In this document: positions 1 through 10,802 of the stretch, in pieces
Position numbering within the stretch: position 1 is the stretch's first letter
Layout of the letters: every line of letters begins with the position of its first letter
From: an uncultured Acidobacteriota bacterium
GTDB taxonomy: Bacteria > Acidobacteriota > Blastocatellia > RBC074
NCBI GenBank assembly: GCA_902825875.1
Contig: CADECP010000019.1
Coordinates: forward strand, 78,359-142,358
Reading direction: 5' to 3'
Length of the DNA: 64,000 nucleotides
Made by a program: the position numbers and the translations under genes
The notes under the pieces: model-generated
Database searches by the model: none
The model's input: the letters and a program-made list of their open reading frames with translations, nothing else
What the model was told of the DNA's origin: nothing

Positions 1-720
1 TTTGATTCGATTGAAAGTGCGCTAACTCCGACGACTCGCGGCATCATTTTGGTCAGCCCGAATAATCCGACCGGCTCGTTCGTCAAACTTGATGAGTTGC
101 GGCGATTGAATGAGCTTTGCGCCCGGCACAATCTGGCACTGATCGTGGATGAAGTCTTCAGCGATTACGGTTTTGACGAAAACGAAACTCGCGCAACTTC
201 GCTGGTAAGAAATGCCGATGCCTTGACGTTTGTCATGAGCGGTTTTTCCAAGATTCTCGCCTTGCCGCAAATGAAACTCGGCTGGATTGTGACCAACGGC
301 CCTGCCGGTTTGCTCGACGAAGCCATCGAACGATTGGATTTGATTGCTGATACGTTTTTGTCGGTCGGCGCTCCGGTGCAGCACGCTGCGCCGCACTGGT
401 TCAAGCTGCGCGCCGGATTGCAGCGGCAAATTCTTGATCGAGTGAAAACCAATTACGATTGGTTGGCGGCGAAGGTTGAAAACTCGGCTGTGCGAATGCT
501 GAAAGCCGAAGGCGGTTGGTACGCAACGCTGGAAGTTCCTCGACACGTTTCGGAAGAAGAGTTGGTTTTACGCTTGCTGGCCGAAGACGATGTGCTAGTC
601 CATCCCGGCTACTTTTTCGATTTCCCGCGCGAAGCGTTTTTGGTGCTCAGCCTGCTGCCAAAGTCAGACGAATTCCGCGAAGCCGTTGAGCGAATGTTGG
701 CAAGAACTGTGCAAGCCTGA
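1..720 (+). CDS. Class I/II PLP-dependent aminotransferase, C-terminal part (5' end lies upstream of the window)
   Basis: The frame is open from base 1. It contains 'SPNNPTG' and the PLP-lysine motif '[16 protein letters not shown]', typical of fold-type I aminotransferases. Stop at 718-720. Confidence 0.8.
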   Translation, partial: FDSIESALTPTTRGIILVSPNNPTGSFVKLDELRRLNELCARHNLALIVDEVFSDYGFDENETRATSLVRNADALTFVMSGFSKILALPQMKLGWIVTNGPAGLLDEAIERLDLIADTFLSVGAPVQHAAPHWFKLRAGLQRQILDRVKTNYDWLAAKVENSAVRMLKAEGGWYATLEVPRHVSEEELVLRLLAEDDVLVHPGYFFDFPREAFLVLSLLPKSDEFREAVERMLARTVQA

Positions 721-722
721 AG

Positions 723-1115
723 CTAAGGCTTGCTGTTCAGCGATCTGGGTTTGGGTTTTTCTTCAGGTTTCTTTTCCTGCCCGCCGAGTTTTTCTGTCAG
801 GCGATCAATGGTTTTCTGCATTTCCAGCATTTGTTTTTGCATGGTGATGGCTTGTTCGGCCAGCGAAATTTGCTGGCGCTGCAATTCCAACACTGCCGCC
901 GGAGTGATGTTGGCGCTGGTGGCATTCAGCGATTGCGTTTGCTGAATCCGTTCCAGCGCATCAACTCGATATTGCAACTGATCCAATCGCCGCTCGATAT
1001 TCAGAAAACGAAAGTTCGGGTCTTGTGACAAATCCGCCGTCGGAGTCGTAATAGCCAGCAATGCCAGCAGCAAAACGATGATGAGCGAGTTGGTGGAAAA
1101 GCGATTTGAATTCAT
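723..1115 (-). CDS. Hypothetical exported coiled-coil protein
   Basis: N-terminal hydrophobic signal/anchor 'LIIVLLLALLAITTP', heptad-like Q/L-rich middle and K/E/P-rich tail. GAGAGGA-like RBS upstream of the ATG at 1115. Confidence 0.55.
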   Translation of the reverse strand: MNSNRFSTNSLIIVLLLALLAITTPTADLSQDPNFRFLNIERRLDQLQYRVDALERIQQTQSLNATSANITPAAVLELQRQQISLAEQAITMQKQMLEMQKTIDRLTEKLGGQEKKPEEKPKPRSLNSKP

Positions 1116-1188
1116 AGCATCCTCTCTTTGCAGCGGGCAGAAGTTTTATTTCAACTACGAATGAGCACAAATGGTCACGAATCCATAA

Positions 1189-1698
1189 TCAATTCGTTGA
1201 TGTGTGGTCGTGAATGATTTTCCAGTTCTTTCTGATTTTGCGTAACACCAGTGTGAACAACCCCGTCGGTTTTTTGCCATCCGAAAGCGTCAGTTCATAA
1301 CGTCCGCGAACGACTGCGCCGCGTCCGAAAGTTTGAACATCCAAGTCCAGAAATTGCAGCTTGCCCATTTCCTTGCCTTCGGACTGGTAATTTTTGCGAT
1401 AGCGTTCCAGCGTCGCGTCCCAACTTTCCAGCTTGCGTCCGCCGGAAAAAAACGTCAGCTTCGGCGAACGCCAATAACCGACCATAAACTCTTCCAGTTT
1501 GCCCGCGTTCCAGGCTGTGACCTGCGCGTCGAGCACGGCGCGAATCGCGCTTTCGGCTTCTTTGGCTTGATTGGCGGTTTTGGGTTTGGCCGCTTCAACC
1601 TTTTGGTCGGTTTGCCCGGTCTGAGTTTGAGCAACGGCGGTTGACGACAACGCCAGACAGCACAGCGACAGCATCAGTGAACGGTGAATGAGCTTCAT
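1189..1698 (-). CDS. SnoaL-like / DUF4440 (NTF2 fold) protein with signal peptide
   Basis: Start chosen at '[24 protein letters not shown]' (ATG 1698, GAGGA RBS). The body '[21 protein letters not shown]...' matches the DUF4440/NTF2-like pattern. Confidence 0.7.
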   Translation of the reverse strand: MKLIHRSLMLSLCCLALSSTAVAQTQTGQTDQKVEAAKPKTANQAKEAESAIRAVLDAQVTAWNAGKLEEFMVGYWRSPKLTFFSGGRKLESWDATLERYRKNYQSEGKEMGKLQFLDLDVQTFGRGAVVRGRYELTLSDGKKPTGLFTLVLRKIRKNWKIIHDHTSTN

Positions 1699-1901
1699 GG
1701 GTTTTCCTCTGTTGATTGAAAGTTTGGACTGGAACCGCAAGTAACGCGGCGCGTGAATGGTAAGAGAACGTGCCTTGACGGCGCAAATCAGCGTTCATCG
1801 CTATCGGGCAAATGCCAGCCAGGAGAATTGACAAATCAGCCTCAAATTGCGATTTATCGCCATCAACCGTATTCACCCCATTTTTTTGCAAGGAGCATTC
1901 T

Positions 1902-3323
<1,422 letters not shown>

Positions 3324-3327
3324 CGGA

Positions 3328-4629
3328 ATGAACTTCGCCGAATCGGTTTCTTATCTTTACTCGCTCGGCAATGAAGTGCTGGCCATGAAGCTTGGACTGG
3401 AAACGGTTCAAGCTTTGGCCAGCGCGCTCAGGCATCCTCAACAAAAATTCCCCGCCGTTCACATCGCCGGAACCAACGGCAAAGGTTCGACCGCCGCAAT
3501 GACCGAAGCGGTTTTGCGATCAGCCGGACTTCGGGTTGGCTTATTCACTTCACCCAATTTGATTTCAATCACCGAACGTTACCGAGTTGGCGGTAGCGAG
3601 ATTGCCGAAGATGACTTCGCGCGATTGGCGACTGTTGTTCGGCAAGCGGGCGAACAACTTGTTGCCGATGGAATGCTTGAAGCTCCGCCGACTTTCTTCG
3701 AGCAGGTGACGATGATCGCTTATCTGCATTTCGCCGAAAGCAAAGTTGATCTGGCCGTGTTGGAAGTCGGAATGGGTGGCAGGCTGGACGCGACGAATAT
3801 CTGTCAGCCGCTGGTGACGGCAATCACTGCGATTGGCTTCGATCATCAACAGTATTTGGGAAACACGCTGGCCGAAATCGCTGGCGAAAAAGCCGGAATC
3901 ATCAAACCGAAAGTGCCGGTTGTTGTCGCTCCGCAACTCGCCGAAGCGATGCAGGTGATTGCCGCTCGCGCCGCAGAGTTAGACGCGCCCCTGTTTTCCG
4001 TTGCCGATGAATCGTTCACCGTCACGCCGAACGGTTCTGGCCGATACCGATTGCGTTATCGAGATTACGATGTGTTGTTGAGTTTGCGCGGACGCCATCA
4101 AGCTGAAAACGCGATGACGGCAATTCTGATCGCGGAGCAGTTGCGACAACTCGGCTGGAAGATTGAAAAGCAAGAAATTGAAGAAGGATTGAGCAGCGCC
4201 GTTTGGCCAGGCAGGTTGCAGTTGATCGAATCAGCGAATTTGCCAGCGCCGATTCTTGTGGATGGCGCGCACAACCCGGCGGGAGCCGAAACGCTACGAA
4301 GCTTTTTGGCAGAAAACTATGCTGGCGTTCCGATCACATTGATCTTTGGAGCGATGGCAGACAAAGCCGCTGTCGAAATGGCCGAAATCCTGTTTCCAAT
4401 AACGCAGCATTTCATTTTGACCAAAGCCGACAATCCGCGCGCAGCTTTGCCGCAATCCATCGCCGAGCAAACTAAAAAGCTTTGGCCAGACGCGGTTTGC
4501 ACACACGGTCTGGCCGAAGCTTTGGTTGAAGCCGAGCGCATCACGCCAGCCAATGGCTTGATCGTAATCTGCGGCTCGCTGTATCTGGCGGGAGAACTAC
4601 TTCATCACTTAACCACAAACGTAGATTGA
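3328..4629 (+). CDS. folC: Folylpolyglutamate synthase / dihydrofolate synthase
   Basis: 'HIAGTNGKGSTAAM' P-loop of the Mur-ligase family, and FolC-like N-terminus 'SYLYSLGNEVLAMKLGLETVQ'. ATG at 3328 is preferred over the GTG at 3304, which overlaps uxaC. Confidence 0.85.
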   Translation: MNFAESVSYLYSLGNEVLAMKLGLETVQALASALRHPQQKFPAVHIAGTNGKGSTAAMTEAVLRSAGLRVGLFTSPNLISITERYRVGGSEIAEDDFARLATVVRQAGEQLVADGMLEAPPTFFEQVTMIAYLHFAESKVDLAVLEVGMGGRLDATNICQPLVTAITAIGFDHQQYLGNTLAEIAGEKAGIIKPKVPVVVAPQLAEAMQVIAARAAELDAPLFSVADESFTVTPNGSGRYRLRYRDYDVLLSLRGRHQAENAMTAILIAEQLRQLGWKIEKQEIEEGLSSAVWPGRLQLIESANLPAPILVDGAHNPAGAETLRSFLAENYAGVPITLIFGAMADKAAVEMAEILFPITQHFILTKADNPRAALPQSIAEQTKKLWPDAVCTHGLAEALVEAERITPANGLIVICGSLYLAGELLHHLTTNVD

Positions 4630-5042
4630 TGAGCTGCCATTTTCCAGCCACCTTTTTCTTTGACGTACACGTGAACGTAGCGCGCATCGGTGTGATTTTC
4701 CTTGCCACCACCGAATGAATGCACCAGCCAATGGCAAGTGACAATTGCCGTGTCGTCAATGACCGTGACTTTGATGTCGTCGCGTTTGATGGAAATGTAT
4801 TTCGACGCTCCGGATTTGATCTTGGAGTTGTAACTGGTTTTGTCGTCAATCGAAGCGTTCGAGTGCGTGTAAATCAATTTGTCGTGATAGAGCTTTTCCA
4901 GCACGGCGACATCGGCTTTGACCAAAGCAGTTTCCCATTGTTGTTCCAGCTTCAAAATTTCCTGCTCGACTTTTCCAGACTGAGCGTTTGCAATCACAGC
5001 GGTCAAAATCATAACGATCAAACCTCCAAGAATTCGTTTCAT
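4605..5042 (-). CDS. DUF4440 / SnoaL-like NTF2-fold protein, exported
   Basis: Signal peptide 'MKRILGGLIVMILTAVIANAQ', then 'EQEILKLEQQWETALVKADVAVLEKLYHDKLIYTHSN', typical of DUF4440. Confidence 0.7.
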   Translation of the reverse strand: MKRILGGLIVMILTAVIANAQSGKVEQEILKLEQQWETALVKADVAVLEKLYHDKLIYTHSNASIDDKTSYNSKIKSGASKYISIKRDDIKVTVIDDTAIVTCHWLVHSFGGGKENHTDARYVHVYVKEKGGWKMAAHQSTFVVK

Positions 5043-5067
5043 TGAGCTTCCTCCAAAAGTAACGTTT

Positions 5068-5122
5068 GTAGTTCCGCCTTCAGGCGGCGGCGCGGCTGCA
5101 AGCCGCCTGAAGGCAGAACTAC
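5068..5122. repeat. Intergenic GC-rich hairpin (REP-like / terminator-like)
   Basis: 'gtagttccgccttcaggcggc' (5068-5088) pairs with 'gccgcctgaaggcagaactac' (5102-5122). It lies between two minus-strand genes. Confidence 0.7.
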
Positions 5123-5142
5123 GAACATGGTTGATGAATGTT

Positions 5143-6555
5143 TTACATCTCGTTGATTACCAAATCTTCGTAAGTGTCGCGGCGGCGAATGACTTCGATC
5201 TTCCCGCCTTCATCCACCAGCACCGCAGCCGGAAAAACTCTGCCGTTGTACGAAGTCATTTGCGAAGCGGTGTAAGCGCCGGTGTTGAGCATGGCCAAGA
5301 CTTCGCCGACCTGAACATTCGGCGGCAACAATCGGCAATCGGGCAAATGACCGTCGCCATGCAAATCAAAGTAAACATCTCCGCCGTCGCACAATGGTCC
5401 GGCCATTCGATAACGCTCGCTGTGAGCTTCGCCAGCGCGCGAAGCGTTCACCGCGTGGTAATACCAGTGATACATGACCATTGAAAGCATCAAGTTGTAA
5501 CCGGCATCGGTCAGCGCCCAGCTTTCGCCAGTTTCGGGGCGCGATTTGATGTTGCGGACTTTGGTCAGGATTGTCACGGCGTCGGCGATGACTGCGCGGC
5601 CAGGCTCCATGACGATTTCAAGTTCGTCCAGCAAATGTTCCGCGCCGGCTTCGCGTGCCGAAGCTCGCACGACATCAATGGCGTTCGCCATCATTTCCGC
5701 CGCCATCAAATTTGCGCCGAGCATAGCGCGTTCGTCGTCGCTGATTTCTTCAGCGTGAGCATCGTCGCGCAAGTAATTGACCGGAATGCCTCCGCCGATG
5801 TTGATGTGTTGCAACTTGTGGCCTGTTTCTTTGTGCAGCCACAACAAATGCTCCCACATTGCCGAAAAAGCCGCAGCGTATGGTTCAGGGTCAGGCGTTT
5901 GCGAACCGACGTGAATGTGCAACCCGGCCAGGTTGATAAGCTCCGGTTTGGCAACGGCGCGCAACATCATTTCGCGCGCTTGTGCGGGCGACACGCCGAA
6001 TTTCGATGTGTAAAGAGCCGTCTGCAACCCAGCCAGCGAACGGGTGCCGACTCCGGCAACCAATCGCACCGTGACGTTGGCGCGTTTTTTCAACTTCGCC
6101 GCGACCTGTTCAACCAGTTCCAGCTCAAACGGAGAATCCAGATTGATTGTGTAAATGCCAGCTTCGATGGCTTCGGCAATTTCCTGTTCGGTTTTTGAAA
6201 TGCCGTTCATTTCAATCTGGTCAGGGCGAAACCCGGCGCGCAAAGCTTTGAACAGTTCGCCGCCGGAATTCACTTCGACATCAATTCCGGCTTCGCGCAC
6301 CACGCGCAGCACGCCCAGCAGGTTGTTGGCTTTCGACGCAAAACAAAGCTTCAGCTTCGAATGATGGTTTTTCGCTTCCATCAACTGCGCGATGTTGTGA
6401 CGAATGCGTGGCGCGGAAACGACAAATAGCGGCGTGTCGAATTCGTCGGCAAGTTTGATCGCATCTACGCCATTGATTTGCAGGTGGTTGTTTTTGATTT
6501 CCAAATAGCCGGGAATCGTCCAGGCCGGTTGATGGGATAAAAGGTTTTCAGTCAC
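5143..6555 (-). CDS. Type III PLP-dependent decarboxylase (Orn/DAP/Arg decarboxylase family 2; diaminopimelate-decarboxylase-like)
   Basis: 'FASKANNLLGVLRVV' (PLP lysine), 'HIHVGSQ', 'INIGGGIPV' and 'AGPLCDGGDV' motifs of the alanine-racemase-fold decarboxylases. Confidence 0.8.
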   Translation of the reverse strand: MTENLLSHQPAWTIPGYLEIKNNHLQINGVDAIKLADEFDTPLFVVSAPRIRHNIAQLMEAKNHHSKLKLCFASKANNLLGVLRVVREAGIDVEVNSGGELFKALRAGFRPDQIEMNGISKTEQEIAEAIEAGIYTINLDSPFELELVEQVAAKLKKRANVTVRLVAGVGTRSLAGLQTALYTSKFGVSPAQAREMMLRAVAKPELINLAGLHIHVGSQTPDPEPYAAAFSAMWEHLLWLHKETGHKLQHINIGGGIPVNYLRDDAHAEEISDDERAMLGANLMAAEMMANAIDVVRASAREAGAEHLLDELEIVMEPGRAVIADAVTILTKVRNIKSRPETGESWALTDAGYNLMLSMVMYHWYYHAVNASRAGEAHSERYRMAGPLCDGGDVYFDLHGDGHLPDCRLLPPNVQVGEVLAMLNTGAYTASQMTSYNGRVFPAAVLVDEGGKIEVIRRRDTYEDLVINEM

Positions 6556-6710
6556 AGTGAGTCCAGGAAAAGTGTTTTGCGTTTTGAGACTGAATTGTAA
6601 TCGTTGGCAGCTTTGACGTGAAGAAGAGGCGGTAATCTTTTTGTTTGCCAGCCAGCCGTCTTATCCGTAACATAGCCGATATTGCATATTCATTTTGAGG
6701 CATAATTTGT

Positions 6711-7070
6711 ATGGCGTGGGAAATTGAATTCACCGATGAATTTGAAATGTGGTGGGATTCTTTGACCGGAGATGAGCAGGAATCCGTAGCTGTTTCCGTC
6801 AAGCTGTTGGGAGAAACAGGGCCAAATCTTTCTTTTCCTCATTCGTCAGGAATCAACGGATCGAAGCACAAACAAATGCGTGAGCTTCGCGTTCAGCACA
6901 AAGGCGATCCGTACCGAATTCTTTACGCCTTCGACCCACGGCGTGCCGCATTGCTGCTCATTGGCGGAAACAAGGCTGGTGACGACCGTTGGTATGAACG
7001 TTTTGTGCCGATTGCCGACAAACTTTACGACGAACATTTGGAAACGCTCAAAAAGGAGGGCGAATTGTAA
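6711..7070 (+). CDS. Type II toxin, RelE/ParE superfamily (HigB / Gp49-like killer protein)
   Basis: 119 aa. 'RELRVQHKGDPYRILYAFDPRRAALLLIGGNKAGDDRWY' is the conserved core of Gp49/HigB-like toxins. It overlaps the downstream HTH gene by 1 nt (TAATG). Confidence 0.8.
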   Translation: MAWEIEFTDEFEMWWDSLTGDEQESVAVSVKLLGETGPNLSFPHSSGINGSKHKQMRELRVQHKGDPYRILYAFDPRRAALLLIGGNKAGDDRWYERFVPIADKLYDEHLETLKKEGEL

Positions 7071-7381
7071 TGGCTAAATCATTCAAAACTCTGGAAGAAA
7101 AAATGCCGGCAGAACGGAGAGCCAGGATTAAAGCTCGTGTGCAGGAACTGTTGGACGAAATTGCGCTTCAGGAACTTCGCCAGTCACTCAACCTGACGCA
7201 GGAACAAGTCGCCGAAGCGTTGCAATCAAATCAGGCGACTGTGTCCAAGCTGGAACGGCAGAGCGATATGTACATCAGTTCTTTACAGAAATTCGTTGTG
7301 GCGCTTGGCGGCCAGTTAAAGCTTGTCGCCAGTTTTCCTGACAGAGACGTTGTTATCAGCCAGTTCAATCAGCATCAATGA
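7070..7381 (+). CDS. XRE-family HTH antitoxin (HigA-like)
   Basis: 103 aa. 'LRQSLNLTQEQVAEALQSNQATVSKLERQSDMYISSL' is a classic Cro/C1-type HTH. The gene follows the toxin, which is the HigBA order. Confidence 0.85.
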   Translation: MAKSFKTLEEKMPAERRARIKARVQELLDEIALQELRQSLNLTQEQVAEALQSNQATVSKLERQSDMYISSLQKFVVALGGQLKLVASFPDRDVVISQFNQHQ

Positions 7382-7386
7382 CTTCA

Positions 7387-8277
7387 TCAACTCGCCAGCG
7401 ATGAAATCGCCCGAGCGATGATGAAGTTCGATTTTTGCAGCGCGGCTTCGGCGGCTTCGCGTGCGGCGTTGGTTTTCACCATGACAATGGCCACGCGCAA
7501 ATCCCAGTTTGCGGCTTCCAACGCAGCTTCAGCCGCCGCTTTGTCCAAATCGCATTCAGCCATGACCAAGCCGGTGGCGCGTTGACGCAATTTGATGTTG
7601 CTGGTTTTCAGATTGGTCATGCGATTGCCTGTGACGTAACCCAGCCGCACCATCGTCATTGTCGAAAGCATGTTCAGCACCAGCTTTTGTGCCGTGCCGG
7701 ATTTCAATCGCGTCGAACCGGCGATGATTTCGGGGCCGACGATTGGCTCAATGGCAATTTCCGCAGCCGCAGCCAGTTCAGAATTTTCATTGCAGACAAT
7801 ACAAATGGTCAGCGCGCCAAGTTGCCGAGCGTACTCCACAGCACCAATGGTGTACGGCGTGCGCCCGCTGGCGGCGATTCCCACCAGGCAATCGTTCGCG
7901 GTGAATCCGCGCGCCTGCAAATCTTTGGCTCCGGCTTCGCGGTCGTCTTCAGAGGCTTCAACGGCTTTGTAACAGGCGTCGTAACCTCCGGCGATGATGC
8001 CCTGTACCAAGTCCGGCGAGACGCCAAACGTCGGCGGGCATTCCGCAGCATCCAACACGCCCAGCCTGCCGCTGGTTCCAGTGCCTGTGTAAAACAGTCG
8101 GCCTCCGCGCTGCAATCGTTCGGCAATGCCGTCCACCGCGCGAGCGATAGCGGGCAAAACTTTTTCAATCGCTTCGGCAACTTTGCGGTCTTCGGAGTTG
8201 ATGACGCGCAAGGCTTCCAGCGTTGGCAGTTTGTCTATTTGCGTTGTGTTGGGATTGATTTGCTCTGTTGTTGTCAT
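7387..8277 (-). CDS. murQ: N-acetylmuramic acid 6-phosphate etherase
   Basis: SIS-domain protein. 'TEQINPNTTQIDKLPTLEALRVINSEDRKV' and 'LFYTGTGTSGRLGVLDAAECPPTFGV' are MurQ signatures. Start taken at 'MTTTEQ' (8277). Confidence 0.85.
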   Translation of the reverse strand: MTTTEQINPNTTQIDKLPTLEALRVINSEDRKVAEAIEKVLPAIARAVDGIAERLQRGGRLFYTGTGTSGRLGVLDAAECPPTFGVSPDLVQGIIAGGYDACYKAVEASEDDREAGAKDLQARGFTANDCLVGIAASGRTPYTIGAVEYARQLGALTICIVCNENSELAAAAEIAIEPIVGPEIIAGSTRLKSGTAQKLVLNMLSTMTMVRLGYVTGNRMTNLKTSNIKLRQRATGLVMAECDLDKAAAEAALEAANWDLRVAIVMVKTNAAREAAEAALQKSNFIIARAISSLAS

Positions 8278-8281
8278 ACAG

Positions 8282-8379
8282 AAATCAAAAGGCAAATATC
8301 AAAAGTGAAAAGGCAAAAGTGCGGCACTCAGTTTTGTTTTCATTTTTGACTTTTGATATTGCCTTTTGCCTTTTGATTT
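8282..8379. repeat. Word-stutter palindrome ('caaaag' words)
   Basis: Left arm 'aaatcaaaaggcaaatatcaaaagtgaaaaggcaaaag' and right arm 'catttttgacttttgatattgccttttgccttttgattt' are imperfect reverse complements. The element fills the murQ / kinase spacer and abuts the stop codon at 8378-8380. Confidence 0.8.
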
Positions 8380-9361
8380 ACGAGCGAATTGCTTGCGCCA
8401 TTTTCGCAGCGCCAATCACTGGCGCATCAATCGGCGGAGCGACTTCGGCATTCGGCGCGACCTTTTGAATTTCTTCGCGCAGCGGTTTCAGGATCAGTTC
8501 GCCAGCTTCAAACACGCCGCCGACATAAGCCACGCGAAAAGTGTCGCGCTCCATTCTTAATTGGTCAATTACGGCAATGGCGGTTTTGGCCAGTTCGCTG
8601 GCAGCGTCGCACAAAATTCCGATGGCGACTTCATCGCCTTGCTCGGCAGCTTCGACGGCGATGGGCGACAATTGGGCGATTCGGGATTGAACTTCGCCTT
8701 TTTCTTTCGACGAAGAATCGTAAACCACCGTCGTCAGCTCCGGCGGCGAAGAAACTCCAAAATGCCGCAAGACAGGCGCGGTCATGCTGGTGGCTTCGCC
8801 GCGAAAGTCATAAGACATCATGACGGATTCCAGAGCGCGGCGGCCAATGTAACTGCCGCTGCCTTCGTCGCCCATAATCGGCCCCCAGCCTCCGGCGCGA
8901 GCAAAACGTCCGCGCGAATTTATTCCGCAGGCAATCGAACCGGTTCCGGCAATGATGACTACGCCGGGCTGATTGCCGGTCGCTCCGGCCAGAGCCACGC
9001 GAGCGTCTGTTTCCAGTTGAATCACGGGAATCGGCAACGCAGCTTTCAGCGCGTCCAGCATCTGGCGGTGATAATCGGGTTGCGAAACTCCTGCTAGGCC
9101 AATGCAAGCGGCAACGATTTGCGAAGCTTCAATTCCGGCTTCGCGGCAAGCGTCATTGACGGCCTGATGAATGTGGTTGACGGCGTTATCCAATCCGACG
9201 CGCAGCAAATTGGCAGCAGCGGATCGGCCTTCGCCAAGAACGGTTCCAGCTTCGTCCACGATGGCGGCGCGGGAATTGGTTCCTCCGCCGTCTACGCCCA
9301 GCCAAAACCGCCGATGTGTGTGCTCATCAATCGAAACAGCTTCTGATGTCACGGTGTTCAT
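8378..9361 (-). CDS. BadF/BadG/BcrA/BcrD-type ATPase (N-acetylglucosamine kinase-like)
   Basis: 'WLGVDGGGTNSRAAIVDE' phosphate-1 motif, plus 'IIAGTGSIACG' and 'GGWGPIMGDEGSGSYIG' ASKHA-fold motifs. It sits next to murQ. Confidence 0.75.
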   Translation of the reverse strand: MNTVTSEAVSIDEHTHRRFWLGVDGGGTNSRAAIVDEAGTVLGEGRSAAANLLRVGLDNAVNHIHQAVNDACREAGIEASQIVAACIGLAGVSQPDYHRQMLDALKAALPIPVIQLETDARVALAGATGNQPGVVIIAGTGSIACGINSRGRFARAGGWGPIMGDEGSGSYIGRRALESVMMSYDFRGEATSMTAPVLRHFGVSSPPELTTVVYDSSSKEKGEVQSRIAQLSPIAVEAAEQGDEVAIGILCDAASELAKTAIAVIDQLRMERDTFRVAYVGGVFEAGELILKPLREEIQKVAPNAEVAPPIDAPVIGAAKMAQAIRS

Positions 9362-9575
9362 ACAAATTCACGTTGTCAGTTGAGTGATTGCTCACGGCTT
9401 GATGATCGGTTTTTCCCATTGACGATTGCTCGATCAGGTAAATCGAATCATAAACTTTGCCGACGGATGAGCAAAACCGAAACTCCGGCTTCGGCCAAGA
9501 AACTTTCGCTGTCGTTTGATGGTGAACGATGACATTTGCTAACTCAGAACAAACAACATTGGTACACTCTTTTTC

Positions 9576-9681
9576 GACAGGATTTTCAGGATTTCGCAGG
9601 ATTTACAGAAAGACCAATCTCAGCAAGTCTCAAATCAGGTTTGAATGTTGTTCATCCTGAAAAATCCCGTAAATCCTGTCC
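9576..9681. repeat. Word-stutter palindrome ('caggatt' words)
   Basis: Left arm 'gacaggattttcaggatttcgcaggatttacag' and right arm 'catcctgaaaaatcccgtaaatcctgtcc'. The same word family occurs inside the 21388-21655 element. Confidence 0.75.
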
Positions 9682-9746
9682 AAAAGTTTTTGGCTCTGAT
9701 TTAGAATGCCGCGCGAACTCGAAAGGCTCCTCGGAGGGCAAAGCTG

Positions 9747-10613
9747 ATGACACAAAACAATGAAAAACGTCCGGTGGTTGGGTTGGCGCTCGGCGGAGGC
9801 ATGGCTCGCGGCTGTGCTCACGTCGGAGTGCTGCGGGAATTGGAACGCAACGGCATTCCGATTGATTTGCTGGTCGGAACCAGCGTCGGTTCGTTGATCG
9901 GCGGAGCTTACGCCGCGGGACTGTCGCCGGATCAAATCGAACAACTGGCAACGACCATCAGTTGGAGCGATCTGGGGCGACCGACGGTTTCTTTGATGGG
10001 GTTTTACAACAGCGAACGCACCGAAGATTACGTCAAAAAGAAATTCCCGTTGATCGAGTTTGAAAAAACGCGAATTCCATTTGGCGCGGTGGCTACCGAT
10101 CTTCAAACCGGCAAGATGGTGGTGTTTACCGAAGGCAGTTTGCCGCTGGCCATTCGCGCCAGTTGCGCCATGCCGGTGTTTTATACGCCGGTGATGGTCA
10201 ACGGGCGGATGATGGTGGATGGCGGCTTGGTCGGACACATTCCGGCTTCGGCGGCGCGTATGATGGGCGCTGACATCGTTATCGCAGTGGACATCAATTC
10301 GCAGCATCTGCCGATCCCGCAACCGACCAATCTGTTTACGATCATGTCTCAATCGCTGTCGGTGATGGGGCGCAGCGCAGTCAGTTACATTCACGCCGAC
10401 GCCGATGTCGTTGTGCGACCGCAGATCGAACACGTTCGCCCGGACGATTTGTCCAAAGCCGCCGAAATGATCGTCGCCGGAGAAGAAGCCGTTCGTCGAG
10501 TGATTCCGAAAATTCGGCGTTTGCTGGCGCCGAAGAAAAAAGGATTCTTCAAGCGCCTGTTTTCAAGTTCGCGCCCCGATCCTCGCCGCGTCAGCATGTT
10601 GGAAGAAGATTGA
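9747..10613 (+). CDS. Patatin-like phospholipase
   Basis: 'GLALGGGMARGCAHVGVLREL' oxyanion-hole motif, 'GTSVGS' (GxSxG nucleophile) and 'VDGGL' (DGG/A). Confidence 0.85.
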   Translation: MTQNNEKRPVVGLALGGGMARGCAHVGVLRELERNGIPIDLLVGTSVGSLIGGAYAAGLSPDQIEQLATTISWSDLGRPTVSLMGFYNSERTEDYVKKKFPLIEFEKTRIPFGAVATDLQTGKMVVFTEGSLPLAIRASCAMPVFYTPVMVNGRMMVDGGLVGHIPASAARMMGADIVIAVDINSQHLPIPQPTNLFTIMSQSLSVMGRSAVSYIHADADVVVRPQIEHVRPDDLSKAAEMIVAGEEAVRRVIPKIRRLLAPKKKGFFKRLFSSSRPDPRRVSMLEED

Positions 10614-10692
10614 AAAAGAATCGGCGGCAAATTCGCTGATTTGCCGCCGAAGTTTGGTGTGTGGTAATTTCCGAGTCAGAGATTTGATAATG

Positions 10693-10770
<78 letters not shown>

Positions 10771-10802
10771 CCTTCCCGAAAACACAATCCAATCAACAAC
10801 CG

